A stretch of DNA of 64,000 bases from Bacteroidales bacterium (lineage in GTDB: Bacteria; Bacteroidota; Bacteroidia; Bacteroidales; VadinHA17), in the NCBI GenBank assembly GCA_035299385.1, contig DATGWQ010000076.1, positions 28,267 through 92,266 of the forward strand. Direction: 5' to 3'. The notes below the pieces were generated by a model that was not told the DNA's origin, ran no database searches, and worked only from the letters and a program-made list of their open reading frames with translations. Below, in pieces: positions 36,814 through 48,000 of this stretch. Positions within the stretch are counted from its first letter, which is position 1. Each line of letters starts with the position of its first letter. The position numbers and the translations under genes were made by a program.

Positions 36814-38394
36814 ATGAAGAAAATCGCTATCATCATACTACTGGCAATTTCAACTGTTGCTTCAGCCACATCCTGGTACATTTCACCTTCAGGAAACGAT
36901 AATAATAACGGAACAATTGCTTCACCATTTTTCACACTCAATAAGGCCTGGTCCGTTGTACAGCCCGGTGATATCATTTATGCACGCGGGGGCGTATACA
37001 AGTTTGACCAGAGGCAGAATCTCACCGGTAAAAACGGAACATCCTCATCGAACATAAAAATATGGGCTTATGAAAATGAAAAACCTGTTTTCACCAAAAG
37101 TTCTTCCTTCGTCACTCCCTCCTGGCCCGTATCCCTTATTTATGTCAAAGCAAATTTCATTCATCTTAAAGGCATCGAGGTTTCCGGCTTCACCCAGAAA
37201 ACATCTACAATATGGTACGGCATAGCTGTCCAGGGTTCAAATTACGATATATTCGAGCAGATCAGCAGCCATCATAATGGCCATGGAATGGTTATCCGGG
37301 ATGAATCCAACCATAACCTGGTCCTTAACAGTGATTTCCACCATAATGCCGATCCTTTGACAAGCGGCGATGCTTACGGCAATGCCGACGGGCTTGAAAT
37401 TGGATATCAGAGTTCATCGATGGAAAATACTGTAAGGGGCTGCAGGATATGGATGAATTCCGACGACGGTATCGATCTCTGGGACAACAACGGCAATGTC
37501 ATTATTGACAGGTGCTGGTCATGGAAGAACGGGTACCGCGAGGACGGCAGAACCGCAGGCGGTGATGGCGGTGGTTTTAAATTCGGCAAAACCTCGACTC
37601 AAAATGGTTCATCATTCAAGAGAACCGTTACCAACTGCATTTCAGTGTACAACAGGAACAAAGGATTCAACCAGAACGGTGCAAACGTCAAGTTTTACTT
37701 CTATAACAATCTTTCTTACAAGAACGTTGACGGATTTGTTTTCTACGATTATAACCTTGCCAACGTATTCAGGAACAATATTTGCTTCGGCAATACGACT
37801 GAGGACTGGACCGGTACGTATTCAAACTCCACAAGAGACCATAACTCTTACGATCCCGCATTCTCACCGACCGGTCCGGTTGCCTCAGCGTCAGATTTTT
37901 TAAGTGTCGATACGACCGGTATTTCCGGGCTCAGGAAAGCATCCGGTGATCTTCCCAACCTTGATTTTATGAAACTTGCCGCAGGTTCCGACCTTATCGA
38001 CGCAGGTGTAAATACCGGAATGATGTATGCAGGCAATGCCCCGGACCTCGGGCCATTTGAATCAGGAAATGCTGTTGCTGCGGCACCGCAGGTCTCAGAA
38101 CAGCCAAAACCCGAGACGGCATCCGCCGAAATCCCGGTGATAACCGGCAGCGAACAGGTTTCACTGTCTCCATATCCTGCTAAAGATGTCATTTCCATAA
38201 AAAATTTCGTACAGGGCAACACGGCTGCAGTACTTAAGCTATTCGATTTTTCAGGCAAGGTCTGCCAGGAATCTCCTATTGCAAACACATCGTCTCCGCA
38301 AATTGCCCTTAATGTGAACCCGGGTTGCTATATAGCCAGGATCATGACGGGCGATGAAGTGAAGTACGTTCAAAAAGTAATTATTGTGAAATAA
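36814..38394 (+). CDS. T9SS-secreted right-handed parallel beta-helix protein (pectate-lyase-fold, putative polysaccharide lyase/depolymerase)
   Basis: Signal peptide, SWYISPSGNDNNNGTIASPFFTLNKAW...GDIIYARGGVY, DLIDAG...APDLGPFESG, and a C-terminal type A sorting domain (...VLKLFDFSGKVCQE...YIARIMTGDEVKYVQKVIIVK). Confidence 0.85.
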   Translation: MKKIAIIILLAISTVASATSWYISPSGNDNNNGTIASPFFTLNKAWSVVQPGDIIYARGGVYKFDQRQNLTGKNGTSSSNIKIWAYENEKPVFTKSSSFVTPSWPVSLIYVKANFIHLKGIEVSGFTQKTSTIWYGIAVQGSNYDIFEQISSHHNGHGMVIRDESNHNLVLNSDFHHNADPLTSGDAYGNADGLEIGYQSSSMENTVRGCRIWMNSDDGIDLWDNNGNVIIDRCWSWKNGYREDGRTAGGDGGGFKFGKTSTQNGSSFKRTVTNCISVYNRNKGFNQNGANVKFYFYNNLSYKNVDGFVFYDYNLANVFRNNICFGNTTEDWTGTYSNSTRDHNSYDPAFSPTGPVASASDFLSVDTTGISGLRKASGDLPNLDFMKLAAGSDLIDAGVNTGMMYAGNAPDLGPFESGNAVAAAPQVSEQPKPETASAEIPVITGSEQVSLSPYPAKDVISIKNFVQGNTAAVLKLFDFSGKVCQESPIANTSSPQIALNVNPGCYIARIMTGDEVKYVQKVIIVK

Positions 38395-38437
38395 AAACTG
38401 AAGAGAAATTAGGTATAACCATAAGCTAACCTGACCT

Positions 38438-40954
38438 ATGAAAAGAATATTAACTGCTATACTCTTCCTGGCATCGCTATGTCTTAATGCAGCTACATAT
38501 TACGTCGCTCCCGGTGGCAGCGACACCAACCCGGGCACCGTCACAGCCCCCTGGAAAACATGGCAGAAAGCCTTCAGCTCCCTTTCCCCCGGCGATATCC
38601 TCTACGTAAGAGGCGGCACTTATACTGGAATGTATGATTCCGGTCATGGTGTAAGTATATCAGGCATCAACGGAAGCTCCTCTGCAGTAATAACAGTAAC
38701 TGCATATCCGGGTGAAATTCCTGTGCTGGACTGCTCATCCCTTTCATCTTCAGCAGGGGTAAATTTCGGGATTCTCATGAGAAACTGCAATTACTGGAAT
38801 ATTAAAGGAATTACCGTGAAGAATGTCCGTGAGTACAACAATCTGAGCCAGTCGTCCGGAGGTTCGCCGGTCGACGGTTGGGAAATTGGCGATTGCAGCA
38901 ACATAACACTTGACCAGTGCATCGTTACAGCCTGTGGTAACGGCTTCAGCGTAAACGGTACGGTTACAAACATCAAATACAAATACTGTGATGCGTACGG
39001 TAATTATGATTACTATGACAATGGAGGCCTTGCAAATGGCTTTAACGGGAATATGAGAGCCGGAAGCACCATAACTTATGAAGGCTGCCGGTCATGGTCA
39101 AACAGCGACGACGGCTTTGACAATTACGGCGGGGCAGGTTACATAACTTACATGAACTGCTGGGCATTCGGCAACGGAAAGGGTACTCCTACCTCAGGAA
39201 ACGGCGACGGCTTCAAGCTCGGATATGACAATAGCGGAACCGAGCTTGCAGGCAGCCAGAGAACATTGTACAACTGTATTTCAGCCGACAATACCCTGAT
39301 GGGTTTCGATGAATCGATGGACGGAACAACAAGCATGGACATGGCTCTGTACAATTGCATCGCCTACAAAAACACTAGAGATTACGGGTTCAGGTTCTCG
39401 GTTACAAACGGTACCGGAGTGACAACCTTAAAAAACAATATTGCATATGGTAACGGCACCAATTATGCAGGCAGAACACGAAACATCACCAATCACAACA
39501 CATGGGATTCGGGAGCTCCCTCTGTTTCAGATGCAGATTTCACCAGCAACGATATTTCACAGCTTTCACGTACCAGGAAAAGCGACGGAAGCCTGCCGGA
39601 TGTCACTTTTACGAATCTTGCATCAGGTTCCGACCTTATCGATGCAGGTACAAATATCGGGCAGCCATACCTCGGATCGGCTCCTGACCTTGGAGCATTC
39701 GAATCAGGATCTGCTGCACCCGTGCAGGTTGTAACATACCAGGGCTCTTCCGTAAAAAACACCAATGCTTCACAGGTTGAGATCATCTACGATCATGCTC
39801 TCTCGTCAGTTGCACCTTTGGTTTCAGCATTCGAACTAAAGGTAAACTCGGTGGTCAGGACTATCAGCACGCTTGCAATTTCAGGTCAGAATGTGTATCT
39901 GAATCTTTCAGGTCCGGTTAAATATGGTGATGTCATCTCGCTTTCATACACCAAACCATCGACGAATCCCCTTACATGTACGGGCGGAACACAGGCAGAA
40001 TCGATATCTGCAAAATCTGTTACCAACCTTGTACAGGCTCCTGTCGTTTCTCTTAATTACCTGGGCTCCTCAATAAAAAACACATCGCCATCACAGGTTG
40101 AAGTCGCTTATGATCTTTCACTTTCATCATCTGCACCTTCCTCTTCAGCATATGAAATAAAAGTGAATTCAGTTACAAGATCCATAAGCAGCCTTTCAGT
40201 ATCGGGTCAGAATGTGTATCTCAACCTTTCGGCCCCCGTTGCTTATGGTGATGTAGTTACAATTTCATATACAAAGCCGTCGGTCAACCCCCTCAGCTCG
40301 ACGGGGGGTTCGCAGGCTGAATCATTCACAGGCAAACCAGTTACGAACCTGGTACAGGCGCCCGCACCTCTCTTCACCGGCGCGGTGGTGAACAATGACT
40401 CACCTTCCAGGATCCTGATAACGTACAGTGAAAATCTTTCTGACATCACGCCTCCTGTTTCAGCATACTCATGCAGAATAAACGGAGCAGCGGTTTCGAT
40501 CCAGTCGGTTTCTGTGCTCAATAATGCTGTGTCACTCACACTGTCTTCCCCCGCTCATTACAAAGACACAATAACAGTCTCATACACTCAGCCTGCAACG
40601 AATGCACTTCAGTCAATAAACGGAGGTTTTGCAGCCTCGTTTATTAACAAACCCGTTATAAACAATATTATCCAGGCAAGTACAGGAGGCGATGCTGTTG
40701 TCGATGACAGTAAAATCGACATCACCCCGAACCCTTCCAGGGGCTATATAAAGATCGTCAATTTTGTTCCGGGTTCCCAGGAAGCAGTTCTGAAGCTGTT
40801 GGACTTCTCCGGAAAACTTTGCCAGGAAATCAGGCTTACCGGCTACACTCCTACAACACAATATCAGCTTACAGTTGCAAAAGGAGTCTATATTGCCCAG
40901 CTTTATACCGGCACTATAGTCCGTCATACTCAGAAGCTTATCGTATTGAAATAG
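38438..40954 (+). CDS. T9SS-secreted beta-helix protein, paralog of 36814, with three inserted ~100-aa Ig-like repeats
   Basis: Same N-terminal beta-helix signature (TYYVAPGGSDTNPGTVTAPWKTWQKAF), three repeats (...NVYLNLS.PV.YGDV...SYTKPS.NPL...), and a type A CTD (VLKLLDFSGKLCQE...KLIVLK). Confidence 0.85.
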   Translation: MKRILTAILFLASLCLNAATYYVAPGGSDTNPGTVTAPWKTWQKAFSSLSPGDILYVRGGTYTGMYDSGHGVSISGINGSSSAVITVTAYPGEIPVLDCSSLSSSAGVNFGILMRNCNYWNIKGITVKNVREYNNLSQSSGGSPVDGWEIGDCSNITLDQCIVTACGNGFSVNGTVTNIKYKYCDAYGNYDYYDNGGLANGFNGNMRAGSTITYEGCRSWSNSDDGFDNYGGAGYITYMNCWAFGNGKGTPTSGNGDGFKLGYDNSGTELAGSQRTLYNCISADNTLMGFDESMDGTTSMDMALYNCIAYKNTRDYGFRFSVTNGTGVTTLKNNIAYGNGTNYAGRTRNITNHNTWDSGAPSVSDADFTSNDISQLSRTRKSDGSLPDVTFTNLASGSDLIDAGTNIGQPYLGSAPDLGAFESGSAAPVQVVTYQGSSVKNTNASQVEIIYDHALSSVAPLVSAFELKVNSVVRTISTLAISGQNVYLNLSGPVKYGDVISLSYTKPSTNPLTCTGGTQAESISAKSVTNLVQAPVVSLNYLGSSIKNTSPSQVEVAYDLSLSSSAPSSSAYEIKVNSVTRSISSLSVSGQNVYLNLSAPVAYGDVVTISYTKPSVNPLSSTGGSQAESFTGKPVTNLVQAPAPLFTGAVVNNDSPSRILITYSENLSDITPPVSAYSCRINGAAVSIQSVSVLNNAVSLTLSSPAHYKDTITVSYTQPATNALQSINGGFAASFINKPVINNIIQASTGGDAVVDDSKIDITPNPSRGYIKIVNFVPGSQEAVLKLLDFSGKLCQEIRLTGYTPTTQYQLTVAKGVYIAQLYTGTIVRHTQKLIVLK
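39725..40668 (+). repeat. three tandem ~300-bp coding repeats (Ig-like/SwmB-like domains)
   Basis: Protein repeats are visible in the translation; boundaries are approximate. Confidence 0.65.
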
Positions 40955-40987
40955 TTTTACTGTCATAATAAAGGGAACATTCCAGGG

Positions 40988-41023
40988 ACACAGGGATCCG
41001 AAAGTATCCCTGTGTTTCTTTTT
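40988..41023 (+). terminator. rho-independent terminator after the beta-helix genes
   Basis: ACACAGGGAT-CCGAAAGT-ATCCCTGTGT is a 10-bp stem, followed by TTCTTTTT. Confidence 0.8.
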
Positions 41024-41052
41024 GGATCAACTTTTTCCTTTATTTTTATCTT

Positions 41053-42039
41053 ATGAAGGTAAAAAAGATAATCCTGTCTGTCCTGTTGATCCTCCTTGTT
41101 ATCACTCTTGCGTTTGCCAGGCCTGTTACTTTGCGGCTTTCGCAATTCCTGTCAAAGTCGGAAAGAGTGAATGCCAGCATACTGGTGGTCGAAGGATGGC
41201 TGCCGTACAGGGATCTTTCAGCGGCACTGGATGAGTTCAGAAGCGGAAATTATGACTTCATGATAACGACCGGCTTGAAAGCCACACCTGAATATTATAA
41301 TGTCTTCACTGACGGCTTCCTGATCTTCTATACTGATAAATTCCTTCCGGGGGATAACGGGGTCACTACAGTTGCAGTTAAAGCCCACGGAGAGCCCGGA
41401 GGTATCAATGCACCGCATTTTAAGATATGGGTGAATAATTCAGTCATCGCAGCTTTTACAGCGTCGAAGCGAAAGAAGCTGTATACCACCACATGGAACG
41501 GCACACATGCGGATTCAGTTATGATACAGTTCGATAATGATCTCGTGGGAGATTTCGGTGACCGGAACCTGTACGTAAGCAAGATCATCCTGAACCACGA
41601 CACGGAAATTCCGTTCCTGAACAATTCGGTATACGACATACTGAAACTTGACAATAAAGACCGGATAATAAATGACATGACCTCTAATGCAGGCACCACA
41701 AGGAGCAGGCTGATCTCTATGGGTGCAGATCCCTCGAAAGTGGTAGAGGTGGCCGGCAACAAGGCAAGGATAAACAGGACCCTTACCAGCGCTCTTGCAT
41801 TACACGACTGGCTGAAAAAAGGAAATTTCAATGTTAAAGGAATAAACATTATAAGCTCAGGACCTCATTCAAGGCGTACCTGGATGACTTTTAACAGGGT
41901 GCTCGACAGGGATGTTCCGGTGGGGATTGTGGCTTTGCCGTACGGAGATCCCAAAAGTGATGATAATGTCCATTATCTCAAAACAGCCAGGGAACTTATT
42001 GCATACATCTGGTACACTATAGTCCTTACTCTTTACTGA
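41053..42039 (+). CDS. DUF218 (YdcF/ElyC/SanA-like) protein with an inserted carbohydrate-binding-module-like segment
   Basis: N-terminal TM segment. ILVVEGWLPYRDL...FMITTG and ...NIISSGPHSRRTWMTF look DUF218-like. The middle FKIWVNNSVIAAF...SVMIQFDNDLVGDFGDRNLYVSKIILN looks CBM-like. Tentative. Confidence 0.55.
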   Translation: MKVKKIILSVLLILLVITLAFARPVTLRLSQFLSKSERVNASILVVEGWLPYRDLSAALDEFRSGNYDFMITTGLKATPEYYNVFTDGFLIFYTDKFLPGDNGVTTVAVKAHGEPGGINAPHFKIWVNNSVIAAFTASKRKKLYTTTWNGTHADSVMIQFDNDLVGDFGDRNLYVSKIILNHDTEIPFLNNSVYDILKLDNKDRIINDMTSNAGTTRSRLISMGADPSKVVEVAGNKARINRTLTSALALHDWLKKGNFNVKGINIISSGPHSRRTWMTFNRVLDRDVPVGIVALPYGDPKSDDNVHYLKTARELIAYIWYTIVLTLY

Positions 42040-44149
42040 CGGCAATAAAATCAACCCTCCTGTTTTTTAATCTTACCGATTCAGGGTAATCGGGTGCAAC
42101 AGGTCTTGAGCTGCCATAGCCTTTTACTGTCAGCCTCGAACGCTCGATCCCCCTGTTCACCAGGTAATCTGCAATGCTCTGGGCCTGCCGTGCTGTAAGC
42201 TGGACACCGTCAGGAGCCGAACTGTCGGTGTGCGAAGCAACGATTATCCTGAGCCCCGGATTCCTCCTGAGGAGCAAAACCATCCGGTCGAGAAGTGTGA
42301 TGCCGTGCTGTGAAACTGTGATCCCGTTATTTACAAAATAATCGGCCGCAGACGTTCCGTAGGCTCTTTTATAATTCCACAGTTCAATCTCTCCCGTATC
42401 TGCAGGCATATAGGTTCTGATTTTTGCATTGTTGAAGCCTGAAGAGATGGCATCCGTGAGGGCAGGATAAGCATACATGAAATTCAATTCTTCCGATGAA
42501 AGATATGACCACGTTTTTTCCCCTGGGTATTGCACCCTACTGATATTGTACCTGGATGCGATCCTCTGGAAAGCAGGATCAGAATTACTGAGTTTTTTTT
42601 CAGATCTCAGGACTTCGACTGCATATACAGCTTTCCTTGCGATCTCATCCGATGCTGAGTAAAGTTTTACAAATGAGGCATTTTCGGGATTATGCGTTTG
42701 CACATCTGCGCTGTCTTTTCCTTTTGGTGCTGCCTGGCCTGCCACACCTACAGTGATGACCTTGCTGACGCATACCTGCTGCATTTTCCCAGATTCGTTG
42801 TTTTTTATTCTAGTAAGGAGCCTGACTTCGTAATCACCGCTGTTCCTGTAGATATGTGTGACATCCGGCCCCCTGCCCTCGCCAGAATCGCCAAAGTCCC
42901 AGAAACTGTCAACCAGGTCAAATCCTTTGGGAGAAGCGGGCTTGAGCTTTAACGGAACCCCGGGTGAAAGCTGATCACCTGTATTGATTTGCGGCATAAC
43001 GGATTGCTTTACTTCCACTTCAAGCCTTAGCTTGTTGAAAATTGTCCTTCCCGTCTTTTTGTCTGTGATATCTTCGGTGATCACATATTTTCCCGGGCCC
43101 GGGAAGCAATGCTTCACAACGTATCCTGAAGGCTTTGTTCCATTGCTGAGATCCCACTGGAACTTCATGGACAGGGGATCTATATCGATAGTCGCATCAT
43201 CCGCAAACGAGAGGCAAAAGCTGTTTTCCTTCTGGGGATAACAATACAGGAACTGGGGGTAAATTGTTTTGAAAGAATAAATATCGACCATTTTCCCACG
43301 GTCGGAAGAGAAATACCCCCTGCTCAGAATATCGTCGCATATAAATCCGAAATCATTTGCAGAAGAATTGACAGGCTGGTTCAGGTCAACAGGAGGGATC
43401 CAGGATGTATCGGAAAAAGTTGTGAAAAAAATATCTTTCCCTCCCTTACCCTTATGACCGTCTGAAGAGAAAAAGAGATCTCCGTGATCATTTACGAAAG
43501 GGTAAGCCTCATTTCCTTCCGTATTGACTATGTTTCCCAGGTTCACAGGATTATCCCAGTACCCGTTTTTCCATTGGCTGTAGTAAAGGTCAGAACCTCC
43601 GAAACCTTCCGGCTTGTCAGAAGCAAAATACAACGTCCTGCCATCAGGGGAAAGGCACGGAGTTGTCACATTCCAGGAATTGTCATTGAACCTCATCTCC
43701 GTCACATTGGTCCAGGTACCGTTTTTCAGAACTGCATAGAAGAGGCCCAGCTTGTTTTCAGGGCCTGTCACCTCTTTGAAGCTGCCTTCAACTATAAGGT
43801 TGCGCGAAAAGTACATCGTATCGCCATGCGGGCTGAATGTTGCAGGCCCGTTGTTGAAATGAGAATTGACATCACCGGGAACAAGCCTGCTTTCCTTGTT
43901 ATTCCTGGAAGTATCGGCATAATAAAGTTTAAAAAAAGGTTTATTATCCTTAGTCGCAAAACCGCTGAAGGTACCCGAACCCATGTTGGAACAGAAGACT
44001 ACCCCTCCCCTGTACCAGGATGGTGAAAAATCATCAGAAGTACCGGAGCTGAACGGAGCCTTCACTACAAGGTAATTGTCCTTCTGAGCCATAAGGCCGG
44101 AGCACAGGCACAATGAAACAAAGAATACAAAGAAATGCTTTCCGGCCAT
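42026..44149 (-). CDS. OmpA-family protein with TolB-like beta-propeller repeats and a PKD-like domain
   Basis: The C-terminus IVASHTDSSAPDGVQLTARQAQSIADYLVNRGIERSRLTVKGYGSSRPVAP...NRRVDF is OmpA_C-like. N-terminal repeats are of the ...LYFASD....GG.DLY type. Confidence 0.85.
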   Translation of the reverse strand: MAGKHFFVFFVSLCLCSGLMAQKDNYLVVKAPFSSGTSDDFSPSWYRGGVVFCSNMGSGTFSGFATKDNKPFFKLYYADTSRNNKESRLVPGDVNSHFNNGPATFSPHGDTMYFSRNLIVEGSFKEVTGPENKLGLFYAVLKNGTWTNVTEMRFNDNSWNVTTPCLSPDGRTLYFASDKPEGFGGSDLYYSQWKNGYWDNPVNLGNIVNTEGNEAYPFVNDHGDLFFSSDGHKGKGGKDIFFTTFSDTSWIPPVDLNQPVNSSANDFGFICDDILSRGYFSSDRGKMVDIYSFKTIYPQFLYCYPQKENSFCLSFADDATIDIDPLSMKFQWDLSNGTKPSGYVVKHCFPGPGKYVITEDITDKKTGRTIFNKLRLEVEVKQSVMPQINTGDQLSPGVPLKLKPASPKGFDLVDSFWDFGDSGEGRGPDVTHIYRNSGDYEVRLLTRIKNNESGKMQQVCVSKVITVGVAGQAAPKGKDSADVQTHNPENASFVKLYSASDEIARKAVYAVEVLRSEKKLSNSDPAFQRIASRYNISRVQYPGEKTWSYLSSEELNFMYAYPALTDAISSGFNNAKIRTYMPADTGEIELWNYKRAYGTSAADYFVNNGITVSQHGITLLDRMVLLLRRNPGLRIIVASHTDSSAPDGVQLTARQAQSIADYLVNRGIERSRLTVKGYGSSRPVAPDYPESVRLKNRRVDFIAVSKE

Positions 44150-45075
44150 CAGAATATCAGGGGATTGACTATATCAGCCTTATACATGAAGTCATACCTG
44201 AGCATTATTTCATGCGAACCGTTGCTGAATCTTCCCAGGCGGCTGAAATCGAGATAGTACGAATATGCTATTTTGAACTGGTTGCTGATGCTGAACTGAA
44301 ATAAACCTGCCATAGACCTGTTGCTCCTGAATGATGCCCCTGCCCACATCTTATCCGAGAAGCTGAAATAAGCGTTCAGATCAAAAAGTACTCTCTCGCC
44401 CGGTGAAAGGGACAAAAGGAATGAAGGCATGAAATTTACATCATCCGTAACCTTACTGACCATTCCTGCATTCAGGAGATAATAATATTGCCCGGGATTG
44501 ATCTTCAGAGAATACCTGTTCCTGTCATAGTCGAATTTATACCCTATCATCCTGGGTATGGACAAGCCGGCGAAATACCTGCTGTCTGCCCAGTACGTGC
44601 CGAAGCTAAAATCGGGCACAACAAAATTCCTCGAATCTGCAAGATAAAGCTCATCACCCGGGTCCAGGACAGTGAGTTCCGACCATCGTGTATTTGTAGT
44701 CATCAATCCCGCCCTGAGCCCGAAAGCAAGTGTGCCTCCGTATGCATTGATCTTGTATGAATACAGGCCGCTCAGCGTGGTCTCCCGTGTGACGCCGATT
44801 TTATCATGCATGATTAAAAATCCAAGCCCGACTTTCCCGTCCGACAAAGGTGAGTCGGCTGCCAGGTTTATGGTTTCTGGCGCCCCCTTTATGCCCGCCC
44901 ATTGTCTCCTGTAAAAAGCCGCCATGCTTAAAGAGCCCCTGCTGCCGGCATTGGCCGGGTTAATAAGCATGGGATTAAGGATATACTGATCCGAAACAGG
45001 GGCAATCTGCCCGTCCATTTCCTGTACCGCAGACAAAAACAACAAGATGCTTAAAATCTCGATAGCCCGCCTCAT
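44149..45075 (-). CDS. type IX secretion system membrane protein, PorP/SprF family
   Basis: QYILNPMLINPANAGSRGSLSMAAFYRRQWAGIKGAPET is the family hallmark. Confidence 0.9.
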   Translation of the reverse strand: MRRAIEILSILLFLSAVQEMDGQIAPVSDQYILNPMLINPANAGSRGSLSMAAFYRRQWAGIKGAPETINLAADSPLSDGKVGLGFLIMHDKIGVTRETTLSGLYSYKINAYGGTLAFGLRAGLMTTNTRWSELTVLDPGDELYLADSRNFVVPDFSFGTYWADSRYFAGLSIPRMIGYKFDYDRNRYSLKINPGQYYYLLNAGMVSKVTDDVNFMPSFLLSLSPGERVLFDLNAYFSFSDKMWAGASFRSNRSMAGLFQFSISNQFKIAYSYYLDFSRLGRFSNGSHEIMLRYDFMYKADIVNPLIF

Positions 45076-48000
45076 CGCCTGATAACGATATATCCGTTCC
45101 TGTATCTTCCGTCCCCGGTCCTCAGCACAAAAAAGTAAGTGTCATCATCAAGTGGCCTGTTGTGCTGATCAACACCATCCCAATCATTATTATAATTGTT
45201 GTCCCTGAAAACCATCGTTCCCCTCCGGTCGAAAATCGTCAGCTGGTTGTTCTGGAATGCTTCAATCCCGGACAGGATAAAAAAGTCATTCTTCCCATCA
45301 GAATTGGGCGTGATCAGTGTCGGAATGACAAGATCACGGACACTGATCTTCAGAGTGTCGGTAGCAGGCGGACAAACACCGTTTGTTACAGTCCACAGGA
45401 AAACGTTTATCCCTACGCCAAGATCCGATATTGTCGTGGTTGCCGATGCAGGCTGGCCGAAATTTGCGGTACCTGAGATAATCTTCCATTGGCCGGTCTC
45501 TCCGGGTTTAGGTTCCAGGGCTGAGGCAACGGTGGAAAACTGAAATTGAAGATCCTGGTCAGGTCCCGCATCAGCAACCGGGGAATCGAGTATTGAAACA
45601 GTCACAGGCTGAATTGCAGAACATTGAGACTGGTTAGTTCCCCTGATGTAATAAATTCCTGAAGTCGGCACGGCAGCCGGATTGGCTAATTCGACAGTAC
45701 CGGCGGAATTCGTCCAGTAGGTATATGTCAGTCCGGGACTTGATCCTGCAGTAACAGATGGTGCAGTGATGTTAACTGTGGATGGCGAGCATACAGGTAA
45801 AGGATTTACAACGACAACAGAAGGAGCATTTGGGATGGCCGGAATTGTCACTGCGGCTGAAGCTGAAGAGCTGCAACCTGCCGAATTCCTCACTATGAAT
45901 GAATATGTACCCGGAATCAACCCTCTTACAGTCGCCGATCCTCCTGAGCCGGAAATATTTACCCCTGCCGGAATGCTTGTTATAGTCCAGCCGCCCCCCG
46001 GCAATCCTGAAAGAACTACCCGCCCCTCGGGCAAAGCACAGGTTGGTTCCGTTATTGTACCCGGAACAGGCGGCTGGGGAGTGACAGGCTGCGGATTTAT
46101 TACCATGTTGGATGACAATGGCGATGTGCATCCCCCCGTGCCGGCGACAGTGAAGTTATACGTGCCGGAAGGGAGTGTCACTGTAGTGCTCGTTCCTGTT
46201 CCTGTTGTAGTTACAGTTCCCGGATAGCGGGTCAGCGTCCATGAGCCGGTCGCTGGCAATCCGCTTATCGTAATTGATCCTGTGGCCGTTGTGCATGTCG
46301 GCTGAACAATGGTACCCGCAACAGGCGGTGAAGGTACCGGCGGCTGAGCGTTGATCTGGACCTGTGAAGATGCTGGTGAAACACACCCGAAAGAAGAAAC
46401 CACGAAAGTGTATGTTCCGGCAGCCAGATTCTGAATGGTAACAGACTGCCCTGACCCCGACATCGATACATTCCCGGGATTCCTGGTAAGTGTCCATGTC
46501 CCTGTCGAAGGCAATCCTGAAATCACCACACTCCCTGTCGAAACAGTACATGTGGGCTGGGTGACAGTCCCCGGGACAGGAGCTGAGGGTATCGCAACAA
46601 CAGCCAGTGAATATGTTGCTGTTGCAGCCACACACGGCGAGCCTACAGGATTATTTGTTGTAAACGTCAGGTTAATGGTCTGGCCGATATCTGAGGCTGA
46701 TGGGGTGTAAGTGAATGTAAATGGGGAAGATGTAACGGTTGCAGGGGAGACTGAACCTCCGCCGTCGGTTGTGATCGTCAGCTGCGTGGCACTGCCGCCA
46801 AACCTGTTGCCGGTCACAGTCACGGCTGCAGTGCCGCATGTTGTGCCGGTTGTGGTGGAAAGACTGATGGAAGGACCGTTGACACATCCGCAGGCAACTG
46901 TAAAGTCGTTTCCTGTGGTGGTGCACCCGGCACTGTTCCTTACTGTAACTACATGATTACCATTGGCGACTCCAATGAACTGGTTTGAACTCTGGAAATT
47001 GCCGTTATCAAGCTGGTATTCATACCCGTTCCTTCCGTTTGTAACTGTAACGACGGCAAAACCGGTCCCGAGAAGGCAGTTTATATTTACGTTTGGCGAG
47101 GCCGGTGCGGTTGGTGCTGAATCGATGACAACTGCTGAAGATGATGGAGATGTGCACCCTGCAGAATTTGTCACCCTGAATGTGTAGCTTCCGGGTGCCA
47201 GGCCGGTGATTGTCGTGCTGGCACTGCTTCCTGTTACTGAAACATTGCCTGGAGATCGTGTAAGTGTCCACGTCCCTGAAGGAAGCCCGTTGATAACGGC
47301 ACTTCCTGTAGGAGTCTGACAGTCAGGCTGTGTAATTGTTCCGGGTTGCGGTGCCGCAGGAGATCCGGGGGGATCATTTATCACAGCATCGGAGGAGTTG
47401 CCTGATACACAACCAGCTGAATTCGTGACGGTGAAATAATATTTCCCCGGATTCAGCCCTGTTACTGTAGCAGTTGTACCTGAACCTGTCGATGTGACCT
47501 GTTGCGGATACCTTATAAGTGTCCACGAGCCTGGTGAAGGCAGTCCGCTCAGGCTGATATTGCCGGTCGGGGTGTTGCAATCAGGCTGCGTTATACTGCT
47601 GATATCCGGCGGGCTGACAGGGGCGCATTCAGTGTAGGTGTAAGCTGAAGTATTGTCATCCGAAGTTATATTGCCGCTGGTATAAGGTCCCACCTTAACC
47701 TCCGCCCTGAACCCGTTTGCCGGATCCGCCTGGGTAGAGTTTTGCGTCACGCGATAGGCAATGACTATTGTACCCGTGTATTTCCCGGGAATGGTGTCTT
47801 TCTGAGTACCTTTAAAAGTGCGGGCCGAGTATTCCCAGGTAAAAAGAGGTGCAGCAGTCCCTCCGAGTGCAGACAGCGGAATGTCATTGTCGGGAACACC
47901 GTTTGAGAGAACTATATTTATTACGAGTTTAAAGTCCTTGAGTGTGTCGGCACCAGTGTTTCCTGTTTCAAAGCTTATGGTTCCGGTGCCGGAAGATTCT

